Of a stretch of 64,000 nt of DNA, positions 20,512 through 30,945 are shown piece by piece. The notes under the pieces were generated by a model. The model saw nothing but the letters and a program-made list of their open reading frames with translations, did no database searches and was not told the DNA's origin. Each line of letters opens with the position of its first letter. Within the stretch, counting starts at the first letter, position 1. Where the stretch lies: positions 351 to 64,350 of the forward strand of contig JBKQMP010000011.1 of assembly GCA_052146665.1 (NCBI GenBank). Reading direction: 5' to 3'. Both the position numbers and the translations under genes were made by a program. This DNA is from Dissulfurispiraceae bacterium. Its GTDB lineage: Bacteria; Nitrospirota; Thermodesulfovibrionia; Thermodesulfovibrionales; Dissulfurispiraceae.

Positions 20512-21126
20512 TCATGCATGCGGGCACCACCGGCAGCCATGATAAAAAACAATGTTCACCTGAGTGTCACGAAGTTTTCCTGCATATGTCTGAGGTATCT
20601 CAACCACACACCGTGGCGGGATGCGGCTTGCATAAACAAAAGGTGGAGTATATACTCCTGCAGTTGCAAAGATGCCTGCATTGCCACTCGATGAGGAACA
20701 GGCTGATGCTGACTGCATACCTCAACAGACGAGTATCAATTTCTTTTGCTTTACGGCACACTTTCCCTCTGCCAGACTCGATTCGGCTATAACGCACGAT
20801 CTTTTTTCACTATTCGTCAGTGCTGCGTCCTCCAGCACCCGACATTTGCCAACATCAGCGAAACAGTATTCTTCCATCTCCGAAATGCTGGGGGTGTGAA
20901 GTGTCTCAGAAGCTGTACAGATGCCCATATATTCTTCATAAAGATTAGGACACACCATCGAAACGTACCTCCCTGCCCTTGGCGGACAATCCGCATTATT
21001 CTTATAATCAGTAAAGACATTCTTTTTTAAAAAAAGTTTAATGGATATCGCCTTGGTTGCATAATTCATGTCACGAGATACTACGGTCAGCCTGGCTAAA
21101 TTCGCCTTGACCAGTCTGCGCAGCAT
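20512..21126 (-). pseudogene. Cys-rich hypothetical reading frame interrupted by an in-frame TGA (pseudogene, or less likely a selenoprotein)
   Basis: Track ORFs 20722..21126 and 20512..20718 are in the same frame, separated only by TGA (20722-20724) and one Gly codon. There is no recognisable domain, and no SD before the first ATG. GGGAGG precedes the internal ATG at 20958. Confidence 0.3.
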
Positions 21127-21601
21127 ATCACTAGATTAAAGTCACATGCAAAGACGATTATAGGACGGCAAACGGCATTTCTTCAAAAAAAGTTCTATTG
21201 TGTCCGGGAAGATAGGTATTGTGCCACGTACAGGGACCACCACTTGAGCCGTAGAAAAAATATGGCAGGAATTTTGACGCCGCGGAGAGTAGGCTATGCT
21301 CTTAGCATCATCACTTTCATCATTTTCCACGCCTTCTATTTCCGTCGGAGTAAGGTCCCGTATAAGCTCAAGTTAACGCTGCTCAACTATCCTTACGTCA
21401 GATCCTTTGTGCAGACCCTAGAGGATCTCCTTGAGCTCCTCCATCCTCTGTTCGGCCTGGTCATCATGTCTGGCTGCTCTTGCCCTTCAATAAAGACCGA
21501 CTCGGCCGATCTACACGTCATCTCCAGAGCTATATCATTCAGGAGTTTCTTTAACTCAACACCTCCAAATCGAAAAGGCAATACTTTAAAAAAATTGGTT
21601 G

Positions 21602-21635
21602 AAAAAAAAAGGTCATCCGTTTTGGTTTCAGGACC
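21602..21635 (-). terminator. Intrinsic terminator candidate for the hao-nap operon
   Basis: On the minus strand an imperfect hairpin (GGUCCUG...GGAUGACC, 21611-21635) is followed by U9 (21602-21610), about 120-150 nt after the napD stop. Confidence 0.45.
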
Positions 21636-21751
21636 AATAAGCCTTTAATTTTCTGCCGGAGTCATTGTACAGTCAATATATATCACAAAGGGGGCTGCAA
21701 GTGCTTCCCGAAGGATCTGCGGAAGGATATCGGCCGGTCCCTCGGGACTTG

Positions 21752-22048
21752 TCAGGGCTTTAACAGGCCTGGGATCGCATCTTTTATGTCTTCCAAATGG
21801 CCCATTAGTTCAATAAGTTCATCTTCGCTATAGGAATACATGAGGTTAGCATAAAACACGTGGGGGATATTCTGCAGGGACTTTAACTTATTCATCTCCT
21901 CGTCGATAGTCTTCCCCTCAATAGTCGCCACGATCCTTCCGGTTTCATCATGGAAGTGGACCTCGCAGCCTGCAAATGAGTTGATCTCCGCAGCTACGTT
22001 CTGCAAATATTCGGGAGATGTTTTAACGATAATACTGGACACATTCAT
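21752..22048 (-). CDS. napD: NapD, maturation chaperone for periplasmic nitrate reductase
   Basis: 98 aa. The pattern MNVSSIIVKT...AGCEVHFHDETGRIVATIEG...IPHVFYANLMYSY is typical NapD. AAAGGAGAG ribosome-binding site. It lies directly after napB. Confidence 0.85.
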   Translation of the reverse strand: MNVSSIIVKTSPEYLQNVAAEINSFAGCEVHFHDETGRIVATIEGKTIDEEMNKLKSLQNIPHVFYANLMYSYSEDELIELMGHLEDIKDAIPGLLKP

Positions 22049-22076
22049 CGGCCTCTCCTTTCATAGCATAAAAAAA

Positions 22077-22634
22077 TCATTTCAGACTGACACCCTCGTT
22101 TAAGATGTCTATAAGGTTCGAACGCGTCTTTCCCTGACTGTCTCTGAAGTCACTTTTAAAGGCGTTCTTCACCGGCGGGGTCAGGTGGTCCTGCTGCACA
22201 TGACACTGCATGCAGTTGTATCTCAGCAAATCGAGTTTGCCTTTCAAATATTCCCCTGTTACCAGGTTCACAAGGTGGGACTTCGGGATCGCTGTGGCGC
22301 CGTTGCCTGGGGCCGCCCCGGGCATGTGACAATCCATGCAAATATTGTTCGACTTGTCAATCGGCGGCATGTCTCTAATGTCGTGGGGAATAAGAGGCGG
22401 ACTGTTTTCGAAAGCCCTTTTAATTTTCTTGCTCTCTCCGGGTGGAGTAGTTGGATATTCGCCGTGTTCCGGCATTACCTTGTCTTCATCGTAAAGTGAT
22501 GCTTTTCTAATCCCAATCTCTTCTTCCGTTATCTCTTTGGGTTGCTTTGTTTGAGCTATCGCTGCTTCGCTGACCAGAAGCATAACCGCTGCCAGACCAA
22601 CTGCAACGAGTTTATTCCTATTTATCCAAAGCAT
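22077..22634 (-). CDS. napB: NapB, dihaem cytochrome c subunit of periplasmic nitrate reductase
   Basis: Signal peptide and two CxxCH motifs (CMDCH, CMQCH) in NapB-type context (PPLIPH...). GGAGGAGG ribosome-binding site. Confidence 0.85.
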   Translation of the reverse strand: MLWINRNKLVAVGLAAVMLLVSEAAIAQTKQPKEITEEEIGIRKASLYDEDKVMPEHGEYPTTPPGESKKIKRAFENSPPLIPHDIRDMPPIDKSNNICMDCHMPGAAPGNGATAIPKSHLVNLVTGEYLKGKLDLLRYNCMQCHVQQDHLTPPVKNAFKSDFRDSQGKTRSNLIDILNEGVSLK

Positions 22635-22692
22635 ATTTTGCCTCCTCCCCTCATGTGTGCCAACTTCCTGCTCCCCTAGCGGTCCTGCTCTT

Positions 22693-25464
22693 TCATGCCC
22701 TGTATACCTTTACTGCACATTTCTTGTAGTCCGTCTCCTTTGAGATAGGACATGTAGCGTCAAGGGTCACCTTATTGATCAGAACGTTCTCGTCAAACCA
22801 GGGCACAAAGATCAGACCTTTCGGTGTGTTGTTTCTGCCCTTCGTTTCGATCCTAGCCTTTACTTTCCCTCTCCTGGACTCTATCCAGATCAGTTCTCCC
22901 TGCGTTAAGGCATACTTCTTCGCGTCTTCGGGATGCATGAAACAGAGTGCCTCGGGCACGGCCCGAAAGAGTTCCGGGACCCTCATGGTCATTGTACCAC
23001 TGTGCCAGTGTTCCAACACTCTTCCTGTGCACAGCCAGAAGGGATAATCTTTGTCAGGCACTTCCGGAGGCTCCATATAATGCCTCAGGAATATCTTCGC
23101 CTTATTGGACAATGTGGTCTTTTCCTTTCCTTTCGGTCCTAAAAGATCCCCACTCGGAAGCTCCTTAAAAGCGACGCCGTAAAAGGCAAACTTACCGTGG
23201 TTCGCCGCTCTTGCGTACGGGTCGTATTCAGAGTTGAATCTCCAGAGGGTCTCTTTGCCGTCGACAACAGGCCATCTGAGACCCCGCACCTTGTGATAGG
23301 TATCGAAATCGGCAAGGTCGTGGCCGTGTCCAAGGCCGAATTTTCTGTATTCTTCCCAAAGATATTTTTGCAGAAAAAACCCATAACCCTTAAATCCTTC
23401 AACATTCCTCTTGTCTCCGGCAGCCTCGCTATTGAGGTGTTGCGCACCGATGGGATCTGGCCATTTGAAAGACTTCGCGTCTCCATTTGCAAAAAGGACG
23501 TCGAACAGTGTATCACTCTCTTTATATCCCAATTGTTTTGCCTTATCCAGTACATTTGGAAGGGTCACTTTTTCGGTGATTTTGTGCTCTTTCCATACTT
23601 CCGCCAAGGTCACTTTCTTGGAGAATTCGACGATTTGCCAGGTGTCCGACATGGAGGCGCCCACAGGAGTCACCTGCTGCTTCCAGTGCTGCGTCCTTCT
23701 TTCGGTATTCCCGTAAGCGCCCCACTTTTCGAAGATCATGGCACTCGGCAATATGAGATCTGCAACCTTCGCGCTTATGCCCGGATAGGCATCGGAAACC
23801 ACAATGAAATTGTCCATCTCCCGGGCAGCCTCTATCCAGTGGTTGGCGTTCGCGGTATTCTGCCATGGGTTATTCACCTGCACCCAGACCCACTTGATCT
23901 TGCCATCCTCGAGGTCCCGCATGATCTTAACGTAGTGCGAACCGACAACGGGGTTTATCGTTCCTTGGGGAACTCTCCAGATATTTTCGACAATATCTCT
24001 GTGTTTCGGATTCGTCACCACCATGTCAGCCGGCAACCTGTGGGAGAAGGTGCCCACCTCTCTGGCAGTGCCGCAGGCGCTTGGCTGTCCGGTGAGGCTG
24101 AAGGCGCCGTTGCCGGGCTGCGACTGCTTCCCGAGAAGGAGATGCACAGCATAGGCCTGCTCATTTACCCATGTCCCGCGGACATGCTGGTTGAAACCCA
24201 TAGTCCAGAAACTTACAACCTTCCTCTGTTTTTCGAGGTATAGATTGGCGAGATCCTGTAATTTCCTCCTGAATGAATCAAGGGGTTCGTCGGCATCACC
24301 TTTTGCAAGTTCAGCCACGAAATCGATAGTGTAAGGCTGCAGTCCCTTCTTGTAATCCTCGGAGCTTATCAGCCAATGGGCGTCCGCGTCGTTGATGTGC
24401 TTCATTTCAAGGCGCTCGCCCGGTTTCATGTTCAAATACCCGAGCGCCACAGCCTCCTCTCTTGTAAGCACCTTGAAGGCCTCTTTGGCCGCCGTGTCAA
24501 GTTCTGACTGCTTGTATTTTGGGTGGTTGACTACAGGTCGCAGCCCGTATCCAATATCAACATAACCGGTGGCGAATACGCAATTGTCATTCACGAAATT
24601 CCAGTCGATCGCTTCAGGTCGGTTATATACGATTTCACGGGCGATATAGTTAAGGATGGCAAGGTCAGTGTTCGGCTTAATGATTATCTCGATATCAGCT
24701 ATATTGGAACAGCGGTTGTTATAGGTGGAAATATTAACGACTTTCACTCTTTCAGGACTGCTCAGCCTTCTATCCGTTATCTTTGACCACAGGATCGGAT
24801 GCATCTCGGCCATGTTGGCGCCCCAGAGGACAATGGTGTCGGAGTGGTATATGTCGTCGTAGTTACCTGCTGGCTCATCGATGCCAAAGGTTTGCATGAA
24901 TGCTGCTACCGCGCTCGCCATGCAATGTCTAGCATTTGGGTCTAGATTATTGGATCTGAACCCGGCCTTCATGAGTTTAACTGCCGCATAGCCTTCCATG
25001 ATTGTGTACTGGCCAGAACCCAGGACAGCGACGCCTGTGGGCCCCAGTTCCTTGTAATACTTCCTGAACTGTTCCGTCATCTCATCGAAGGCCTTCTTCC
25101 ATGTAATCTGCTTGAACTTGCCTTTCTTATCGAACTGTCCTTTTTCATTAACCCTCAAAAGTGGCTGTGTCAGCCTGTCGGCGCCGTACATGATCTTTGC
25201 GTTGAAATAGCCTTTAATGCAGTTGAGACCATTGTTCACCGGAGCGGCGGGATCTGCCTTTACCGCGACAATCATATCGTTTTTTGTTGCGACCATAATG
25301 CCGCAGCCAGTGCCACAAAACCTGCAGACCGCCTTGTCCCATTTCCAGCCGGCCTCGGTTTTCTTCACAACCCCGAACGACTCTTCGGGAACTGTCATGC
25401 CGGCTGCAGTCGCAGCGGAAACAGCAGCCGTGATCTTAAGGAACTCTCTTCTTGACAATGACAT
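22693..25464 (-). CDS. napA: NapA, periplasmic nitrate reductase catalytic subunit (Mo-bisPGD)
   Basis: Start placed at the second ATG (25464), 6 nt after GAGGAGG, giving the Tat leader [10 protein letters not shown]. [4Fe-4S] motif CRFCGTGC and Mo-ligand region NARHCMASA. Confidence 0.95.
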   Translation of the reverse strand: MSLSRREFLKITAAVSAATAAGMTVPEESFGVVKKTEAGWKWDKAVCRFCGTGCGIMVATKNDMIVAVKADPAAPVNNGLNCIKGYFNAKIMYGADRLTQPLLRVNEKGQFDKKGKFKQITWKKAFDEMTEQFRKYYKELGPTGVAVLGSGQYTIMEGYAAVKLMKAGFRSNNLDPNARHCMASAVAAFMQTFGIDEPAGNYDDIYHSDTIVLWGANMAEMHPILWSKITDRRLSSPERVKVVNISTYNNRCSNIADIEIIIKPNTDLAILNYIAREIVYNRPEAIDWNFVNDNCVFATGYVDIGYGLRPVVNHPKYKQSELDTAAKEAFKVLTREEAVALGYLNMKPGERLEMKHINDADAHWLISSEDYKKGLQPYTIDFVAELAKGDADEPLDSFRRKLQDLANLYLEKQRKVVSFWTMGFNQHVRGTWVNEQAYAVHLLLGKQSQPGNGAFSLTGQPSACGTAREVGTFSHRLPADMVVTNPKHRDIVENIWRVPQGTINPVVGSHYVKIMRDLEDGKIKWVWVQVNNPWQNTANANHWIEAAREMDNFIVVSDAYPGISAKVADLILPSAMIFEKWGAYGNTERRTQHWKQQVTPVGASMSDTWQIVEFSKKVTLAEVWKEHKITEKVTLPNVLDKAKQLGYKESDTLFDVLFANGDAKSFKWPDPIGAQHLNSEAAGDKRNVEGFKGYGFFLQKYLWEEYRKFGLGHGHDLADFDTYHKVRGLRWPVVDGKETLWRFNSEYDPYARAANHGKFAFYGVAFKELPSGDLLGPKGKEKTTLSNKAKIFLRHYMEPPEVPDKDYPFWLCTGRVLEHWHSGTMTMRVPELFRAVPEALCFMHPEDAKKYALTQGELIWIESRRGKVKARIETKGRNNTPKGLIFVPWFDENVLINKVTLDATCPISKETDYKKCAVKVYRA

Positions 25465-25508
25465 ATCCTGCCTCCTCGCCATTGGTGGTAAGGCCTATCA
25501 TCATTCTT

Positions 25509-26855
25509 TTATTTTGCGCTTTCCCCACCGTACCTCTCGTCATAAAACTTCTTTATCTTTTCGAGCTGCTCCTTGCTCATGCCTTTGAAGTACCACTCAT
25601 GCCGCACATCAGGCTCCAGATACTTCTTCGTGAGTTCACCGTATAGCTCAGGACCGGCAACGTTTCTTACCTCGGGGAGAAATTCAGTGTAGAAATTTTT
25701 TGCAACGTCATAGATGCCATGCCACCATGCATAGTCAGGACCAGACATCGCTGCACCATGGCGTGCGCGCCTTCCCTCGTGATGCCAGAGCTCGTAGAAA
25801 ATCCAGTCGAGCTTACTGTCAAAATCCGCTTTCGATATTTTGCCCTTGTCCTTGAGTTCCTTCATTATCTTCGTTGCAGGAATCGCGAATTTGTCGTCAT
25901 AGAAATTCACGAGGTTGTCGAACTGGTTATAAAATCCGTCGACAAAAGGGGCCGAATGGCAGCTGGAGCATACATCTTTCATATTCTCGCGGCGTTTATC
26001 TGCATTTTCGAGTTTCTTCGATATCGGCGGCCTGAGTGTCCAGCTGATTCTAGTTCCTACATCATGCGTCACAGGCTGGTTAGGTGTTGCGCTCATGTGG
26101 CAGGTCGCGCATGTCGGCGCAGCAGTGTAGTCTTTCCCGACTACCCAGGAATCATTGTGCAGATTCAACCGATCCTTTGTGGCTTCATAAAGAATGCCGT
26201 GCTTCGATTCCCGATAGACCTCAATCTGAGGATGGTCGGGACCAAGATGGCATTTCCCACAGGCCTCGGGCTCCCTTGCCTGAGCTTTTGAAAAGGCGTG
26301 TCTTGTATGGCAAGCTGAACATGAACCTTTTGAACCGTCTGGATTGATGCGTCCAATGCCGGTGTTGGGCCAGCTGTTAGTGTCGAGTTTTCCGTTAGCC
26401 AGCACCTTGACCTTTCCCCCATGACATTGCAGGCAGCCAACTGCAACCGCCTCGGGCCCCGCAACCACTTCACCAAGGTAATTGTCCAGTGAATTGAGGA
26501 TATCTCCCGCCATGGCGTGGTGGCTGGTTGTCATTTCCTGAACTTCTGTAGGATGACACTTTGAACATCGCTTGGGTGTGACAAGCACTGCTATGGTAAA
26601 GCCATAATGGCCGAATGCATCAGGGTCTGTTTTCTCAGCCTGATGACAAGAATAGCAGCCAACTTTCTTTTTAGCATGCATGCTCATTTCCCATTCCTTC
26701 ACGAATGATGGTGACTGCGCCGAGTGACACCCGACGCACTGCAGGCCCTCTTTGGCAACCTTGCTCTCAGCTGCTTCCCCCGTCCCCACGCCAAGAATGA
26801 TTATCAAGCAAAAAAACCAGAGAGCCGTTACCGATGAAAATTTTGTCTGCTTCAT
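25509..26855 (-). CDS. Octahaem c-type cytochrome, HAO family, paralogue 2 (first gene of the nap operon)
   Basis: Start taken at MKQTKF (26855), preceded by AAAGGAGG. Signal or anchor helix. Eight CxxCH motifs: CVGCH, CYSCH, CSKCH, CLQCH, CSACH, CGKCH, CATCH, CSSCH. Motifs NPDGSKGSCSACHTRHAFS and CGKCHLGPDHP. Confidence 0.85.
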   Translation of the reverse strand: MKQTKFSSVTALWFFCLIIILGVGTGEAAESKVAKEGLQCVGCHSAQSPSFVKEWEMSMHAKKKVGCYSCHQAEKTDPDAFGHYGFTIAVLVTPKRCSKCHPTEVQEMTTSHHAMAGDILNSLDNYLGEVVAGPEAVAVGCLQCHGGKVKVLANGKLDTNSWPNTGIGRINPDGSKGSCSACHTRHAFSKAQAREPEACGKCHLGPDHPQIEVYRESKHGILYEATKDRLNLHNDSWVVGKDYTAAPTCATCHMSATPNQPVTHDVGTRISWTLRPPISKKLENADKRRENMKDVCSSCHSAPFVDGFYNQFDNLVNFYDDKFAIPATKIMKELKDKGKISKADFDSKLDWIFYELWHHEGRRARHGAAMSGPDYAWWHGIYDVAKNFYTEFLPEVRNVAGPELYGELTKKYLEPDVRHEWYFKGMSKEQLEKIKKFYDERYGGESAK

Positions 26856-28245
26856 AAAGCCTCCTTTTCTAACGAAGTTTATCAAGTGATGAGTTGTTAT
26901 GCCATGAGCCATTCAAAAAAAACACTCTCAAATTTAGGCATCCTCTGCCAAAATTATACTTGACAAATGGATAAATTGGTAGTGAGCCCAAAAAGTGCAA
27001 TCGGCCTGAGACAATCTCCAAAGAAATTCCTGCAAACGTATGAGAATTAATATGTTTAAATGATCATAAGCGCTAAACAGCAAAGCTACAATAATGTGTG
27101 ACTAAAATCTACCACAAATAACGGAATAAATAAAGTGTGTGAGACCTCCTGCCTGATGGATCAATTGCATCGCTTGCCGTGACGGGGCCAGGCGTGCCAG
27201 GAAATGGCTGAAAAACCGATCGAACCATATAAAACTGCTGGCAGCAGAAGGATCTGGTAACTTTATCTTTCAGTTCAAAAAACGTTAATTTTGACAAGGA
27301 AGATGCGTTACTGCAAAGATTCTTGCCCTGGAGATTTAGTGACTGCCAGAAGGGCTCAACTGGAAGCAAAAAAGGAGGACCTATGACGCTGTAGCAAGGG
27401 GGAGCGCAATTTCTATTAGGGCAAGGATGATTTCCGTGGCGATCTTTCCCGTTCTTATTTAGGATTCTCTGATGCAGATGCTGAGACGTTTCTAACGAAG
27501 AGTGATTGCCTTTGGCGGAGGAGTCAGCAAGAATTATCCAGAGAATGTTCGCCGGATAACATCAACTCGTCAGTAAGGTAGCAATACAAAGACAACGGCA
27601 TTTAAGAATGTGCACAATATGCAACAGGGCGATTTGGCACAATTTAATTATGATACAGAGCAAACGACGATCGGGGCAATTTCTTCAGGAAGATGCCATT
27701 GGCAGCATCAGTTGTGCTTTTTCAGGGGTTTATGATCTAATCCGAAATCATAACCTGCTATTTATGATACGGCCTGAGCGCCTTATTCGATGGGCTGGCC
27801 AATGTCAAGCCCCTTATGTGTGGCTTGACATGACATAGTGTCCACTTGCCTTTCATCTGTTATTCAAATTCATCTTATCCCATACTTCAGGCCAATTTGT
27901 ATAAAGGCAGCAAGTGCCGCCTGTCACCATGCTCTGTCTGTATCAAATTCGAGGGACGTGAATACGAATGTCGATTAGCTTGAAGTCACCACTGACTTTG
28001 AGCCACTATTGACTCTTTTTTGTTGTTCTGCTTCTATATGGTTAAGGCACTTCACTACGATTTTCTTTGCTCGATAACCTCCTTCAGAAGTTAGACATTG
28101 AATTAATCGCAGAGAACAGGTTTCTTTTCAAGAATCATGACGAACAATATGCGTTAGTCGACAAAAATAGCCGGTTCGGGTATAGAAATAGAACACTTAA
28201 CTAGGCTGGCTCAAATGATACCCGAATCAGTTCTGATTTTCTTCT

Positions 28246-28536
28246 TTAGCCTACCACTTCCCAATTAGCATCAAATGTGTTGTCATAAGACGTGTACACG
28301 AAACCCATGAGTTTTCCAACACCTGGAAGAACGCCCTCCTTGACACGCCAATAAGCAAGGTAAATTGCCGGGACCATGCGGGGTTCCGCTGTTTCGGGGT
28401 CATCACCTTGAACATTTTGCCAGACTTCTTTTTTTTCCATTATCCTCCATAGAGTGCCATACTTTTTGCTTCTTACGACTTGTCCCACTCTTGGCAACTT
28501 CCTCAGTTGTACAACTGCTTCATCTTGTTCGTTCAT
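28246..28536 (-). CDS. Hypothetical protein (96 aa)
   Basis: Good GAGGAGG ribosome-binding site 7 nt before the ATG. No motif recognised. Confidence 0.5.
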   Translation of the reverse strand: MNEQDEAVVQLRKLPRVGQVVRSKKYGTLWRIMEKKEVWQNVQGDDPETAEPRMVPAIYLAYWRVKEGVLPGVGKLMGFVYTSYDNTFDANWEVVG

Positions 28537-29111
28537 AGCGATGCCTCCTCACGTGTTTGTCTATCTTCACAGTCTGTTAATCAAAATGCCACTTCTTAGC
28601 AGAATTTTTAAATGGCTCCCACAGTTAAAGCGTGCGTATCGGAGCGGCCAGAGCCGCGGCTTGCGCGGCACGTTTAACAGCAGACGCCCAACATTTCGAA
28701 TACTATCACACTTCATCGGAGGTGTCAAATCAAATTCATGGTATTGTTTGAAATTGACCGATCGGTGGCGCCAGGTATCTTATTGAGAGGATATCCGTTC
28801 CATTGACGGACAGCAGATGTCTGCTTTTTTGCTAGTTATCTGCGAACTAAAGGCTTAAGTCTGCAGCCCGTCAAGGGCAAGGGTCAGTTCGGAGGATCAT
28901 CCCATCCACGCTGCAAGGCAATTTAAGCAAAAACTATTATTCTCATGAAGGGCAAGAAAATATACCTGAAGATTGATGGGGAACCTATGCATAGCTCCCG
29001 ACGATCCTCAGCGACAGGCCCTTTCACGTCGAACTTCGCACTGGCAAAGATTGACCTCAACTTTTGAAAATGCACTTAAACGCTCACTTCTCTCCTGCAG
29101 TCATTATTGTT

Positions 29112-29975
29112 TCAAACTTTCCACATCTCAGCGGCTTCCGCCACAAAGTTCTCGAAGCTTCTCGGCGAGTGACCGAGTAATCCGGTCTGACGTTCGATGT
29201 CATCCGGAGTCGCCTTGAGGCCGTTGTCCTGGAAAAACTGATACATAAGCCTGAAGTCGAAAACCATCCAGGCTGGCAGGAATCTTAATGACTGACGCTC
29301 CCATGTGTCGAGATCGTTCCCTGCGTATGAGATGTTTTTGTTAAGAGCCCGGCTCCACGCTTCAGCAGTGCTTCCCCCTGTGCAAACGCTCGGTCCCACA
29401 AGATTGTAAGTCTTTCCCTCATGGCCAGACGAGGTAAGGGAGATAGCCGCGGCTTCCGCGATATCGCGCACGTCCACTCGCGACAAGCCCAAGTCGCCAA
29501 GAGGCTGAGGGTAAACGCTGTAATTCAGCATTGCGTCCTTATACCAGTAGTCGTTCTGAAAAAAATTGTTTGGCCGCAGAATAGTGTAAGCGAGCCCTGA
29601 GGCCTTCACAACAGTCTCGATGGGGAGTTTCGAGCCAAAGTGAGGTAGATGCGGCGCCTGCTCCACGTTGTGAACCGACATGTACACGAGTCTCTTTACC
29701 TCAGCCATGCGCATGCCATTTAACGCCATCAGGCCTTCATGCGTCTCGGTGGTGCTCACTGCGATGAGCATAAACACGGCGTCGACATCCTTGAATATGG
29801 AACGTACGGTGCCTGGATCAAGTAGGTCGCCAATAACACCCTGAGCCCCGATGGGGAGGTCTTTCGCCTTATCGGCGCTGCGCGTGAGCACCTGAACCAT
29901 AACCTTGCGTGCGAGCAACTCCCGTACTACTTGGGAACCCACTGTTCCGGTACCACCAATGACTAGAATCTTCAT
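29112..29975 (-). CDS. NmrA-like / atypical SDR NAD(P)-binding protein
   Basis: Rossmann N-terminus MKILVIGGTGTVGSQVV, 287 aa, overall NmrA-type layout. Confidence 0.85.
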   Translation of the reverse strand: MKILVIGGTGTVGSQVVRELLARKVMVQVLTRSADKAKDLPIGAQGVIGDLLDPGTVRSIFKDVDAVFMLIAVSTTETHEGLMALNGMRMAEVKRLVYMSVHNVEQAPHLPHFGSKLPIETVVKASGLAYTILRPNNFFQNDYWYKDAMLNYSVYPQPLGDLGLSRVDVRDIAEAAAISLTSSGHEGKTYNLVGPSVCTGGSTAEAWSRALNKNISYAGNDLDTWERQSLRFLPAWMVFDFRLMYQFFQDNGLKATPDDIERQTGLLGHSPRSFENFVAEAAEMWKV

Positions 29976-30516
29976 GGTTTATCTCTCCTTCTTTAAATTA
30001 AGATCGTGGTAAGATCCTGAAGCTTAATAGATCTCCCATTGATTTTAGTATAGTACACTTTTCTTCAGGAGGGAATCATCGCTATAGGCTTAATCAAACC
30101 AAAGATTGCATCAGGTGATTGGATGGAAAAAGGCCTTAGCACTCAAGTTTTAGTTTTGCAATCTTAGGAGTTGCAAAAAATGAGGCAGGCGATGACTATA
30201 AGGATTTATTTTTGGGCAACGAACCTTAACTCGACAGGCTATTTCCTGGTGAGTGTTGAGAAACTGCTGCCCCAGCCTCGAGTACTCTTTTGAGAGATCG
30301 ATCAGGAAAGATGATTTGATGTAATATCTATGGTGATCATTAAGCTGCGAACCTCCTCTTAACTATGGTGCGTCATTATCAAACGCAGTCTTCCCAATAA
30401 TGAGTCTTATCCGCATCTCTTAACGGATGGGATCCTAAAAAATATGATGTCTTCTCAAAGGAAAAGAGAAGGTGGACTCAATCGCATATCTTCATACGCG
30501 CACGGCTTTCCATCCG

Positions 30517-30945
30517 TTAACTAGTCTTTTTTAACGGATCCAGTGACTGCATAGTCAGAGGTGACTCTATTTCATCAATCGCCTCTTTCACGATCTCCCT
30601 GACATTGGCATTTTCATCTTCTTGAGCGCTCACGAGAAAGGGCAGCGCATCCTTATGTCGTATTATCCCGAGCAGATTTGCGCTGTCACCTCTGATGGTA
30701 GGATTCTTGTCTGTCAGATGGGAAGCTAGTATGGGGATGAGATGGACGAGAGTCCTCTGTTTTAACCGTGAAAGTTCCTCCACGAGAGCAGTCCCCCCCA
30801 ACCGCACCCGCACCCGTTCATCTCGTATCATGTCAATTATAAAGGGATATAGGCCTTCATCGTGTTTAAACATATCAATGATATTATCGAGAAAGCCCTT
30901 CTCCATATAATCCAGAATCATTGCCTTTAGCTCACTGTTATCCAT
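30517..30945 (-). CDS. HEAT-repeat protein
   Basis: Repeating helical pairs with ...D.NP.IR..SA..LG... and DENANVRE signatures. Its start overlaps the upstream gene by 8 nt. Confidence 0.7.
   Translation of the reverse strand: MDNSELKAMILDYMEKGFLDNIIDMFKHDEGLYPFIIDMIRDERVRVRLGGTALVEELSRLKQRTLVHLIPILASHLTDKNPTIRGDSANLLGIIRHKDALPFLVSAQEDENANVREIVKEAIDEIESPLTMQSLDPLKKTS

Noticed and set aside
20479-20724. Idea that the run of in-frame TGAs (20722, 20512, 20479) reflects an alternative genetic code (TGA read as an amino acid) in a foreign element
   Set aside because: TGA clearly terminates well-supported genes elsewhere in the window, for example the response regulator at 1282 and the HAO paralogue at 4107. 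TAG stops follow shortly in the same frame, so recoding does not rescue a long ORF.
21244-21648. 134-aa + strand ORF (TTG start) between the TGA-interrupted frame and napD
   Set aside because: It has no ribosome-binding site and an implausible composition. It also runs through the hairpin and A9 tract that works as a terminator for the nap operon on the other strand.
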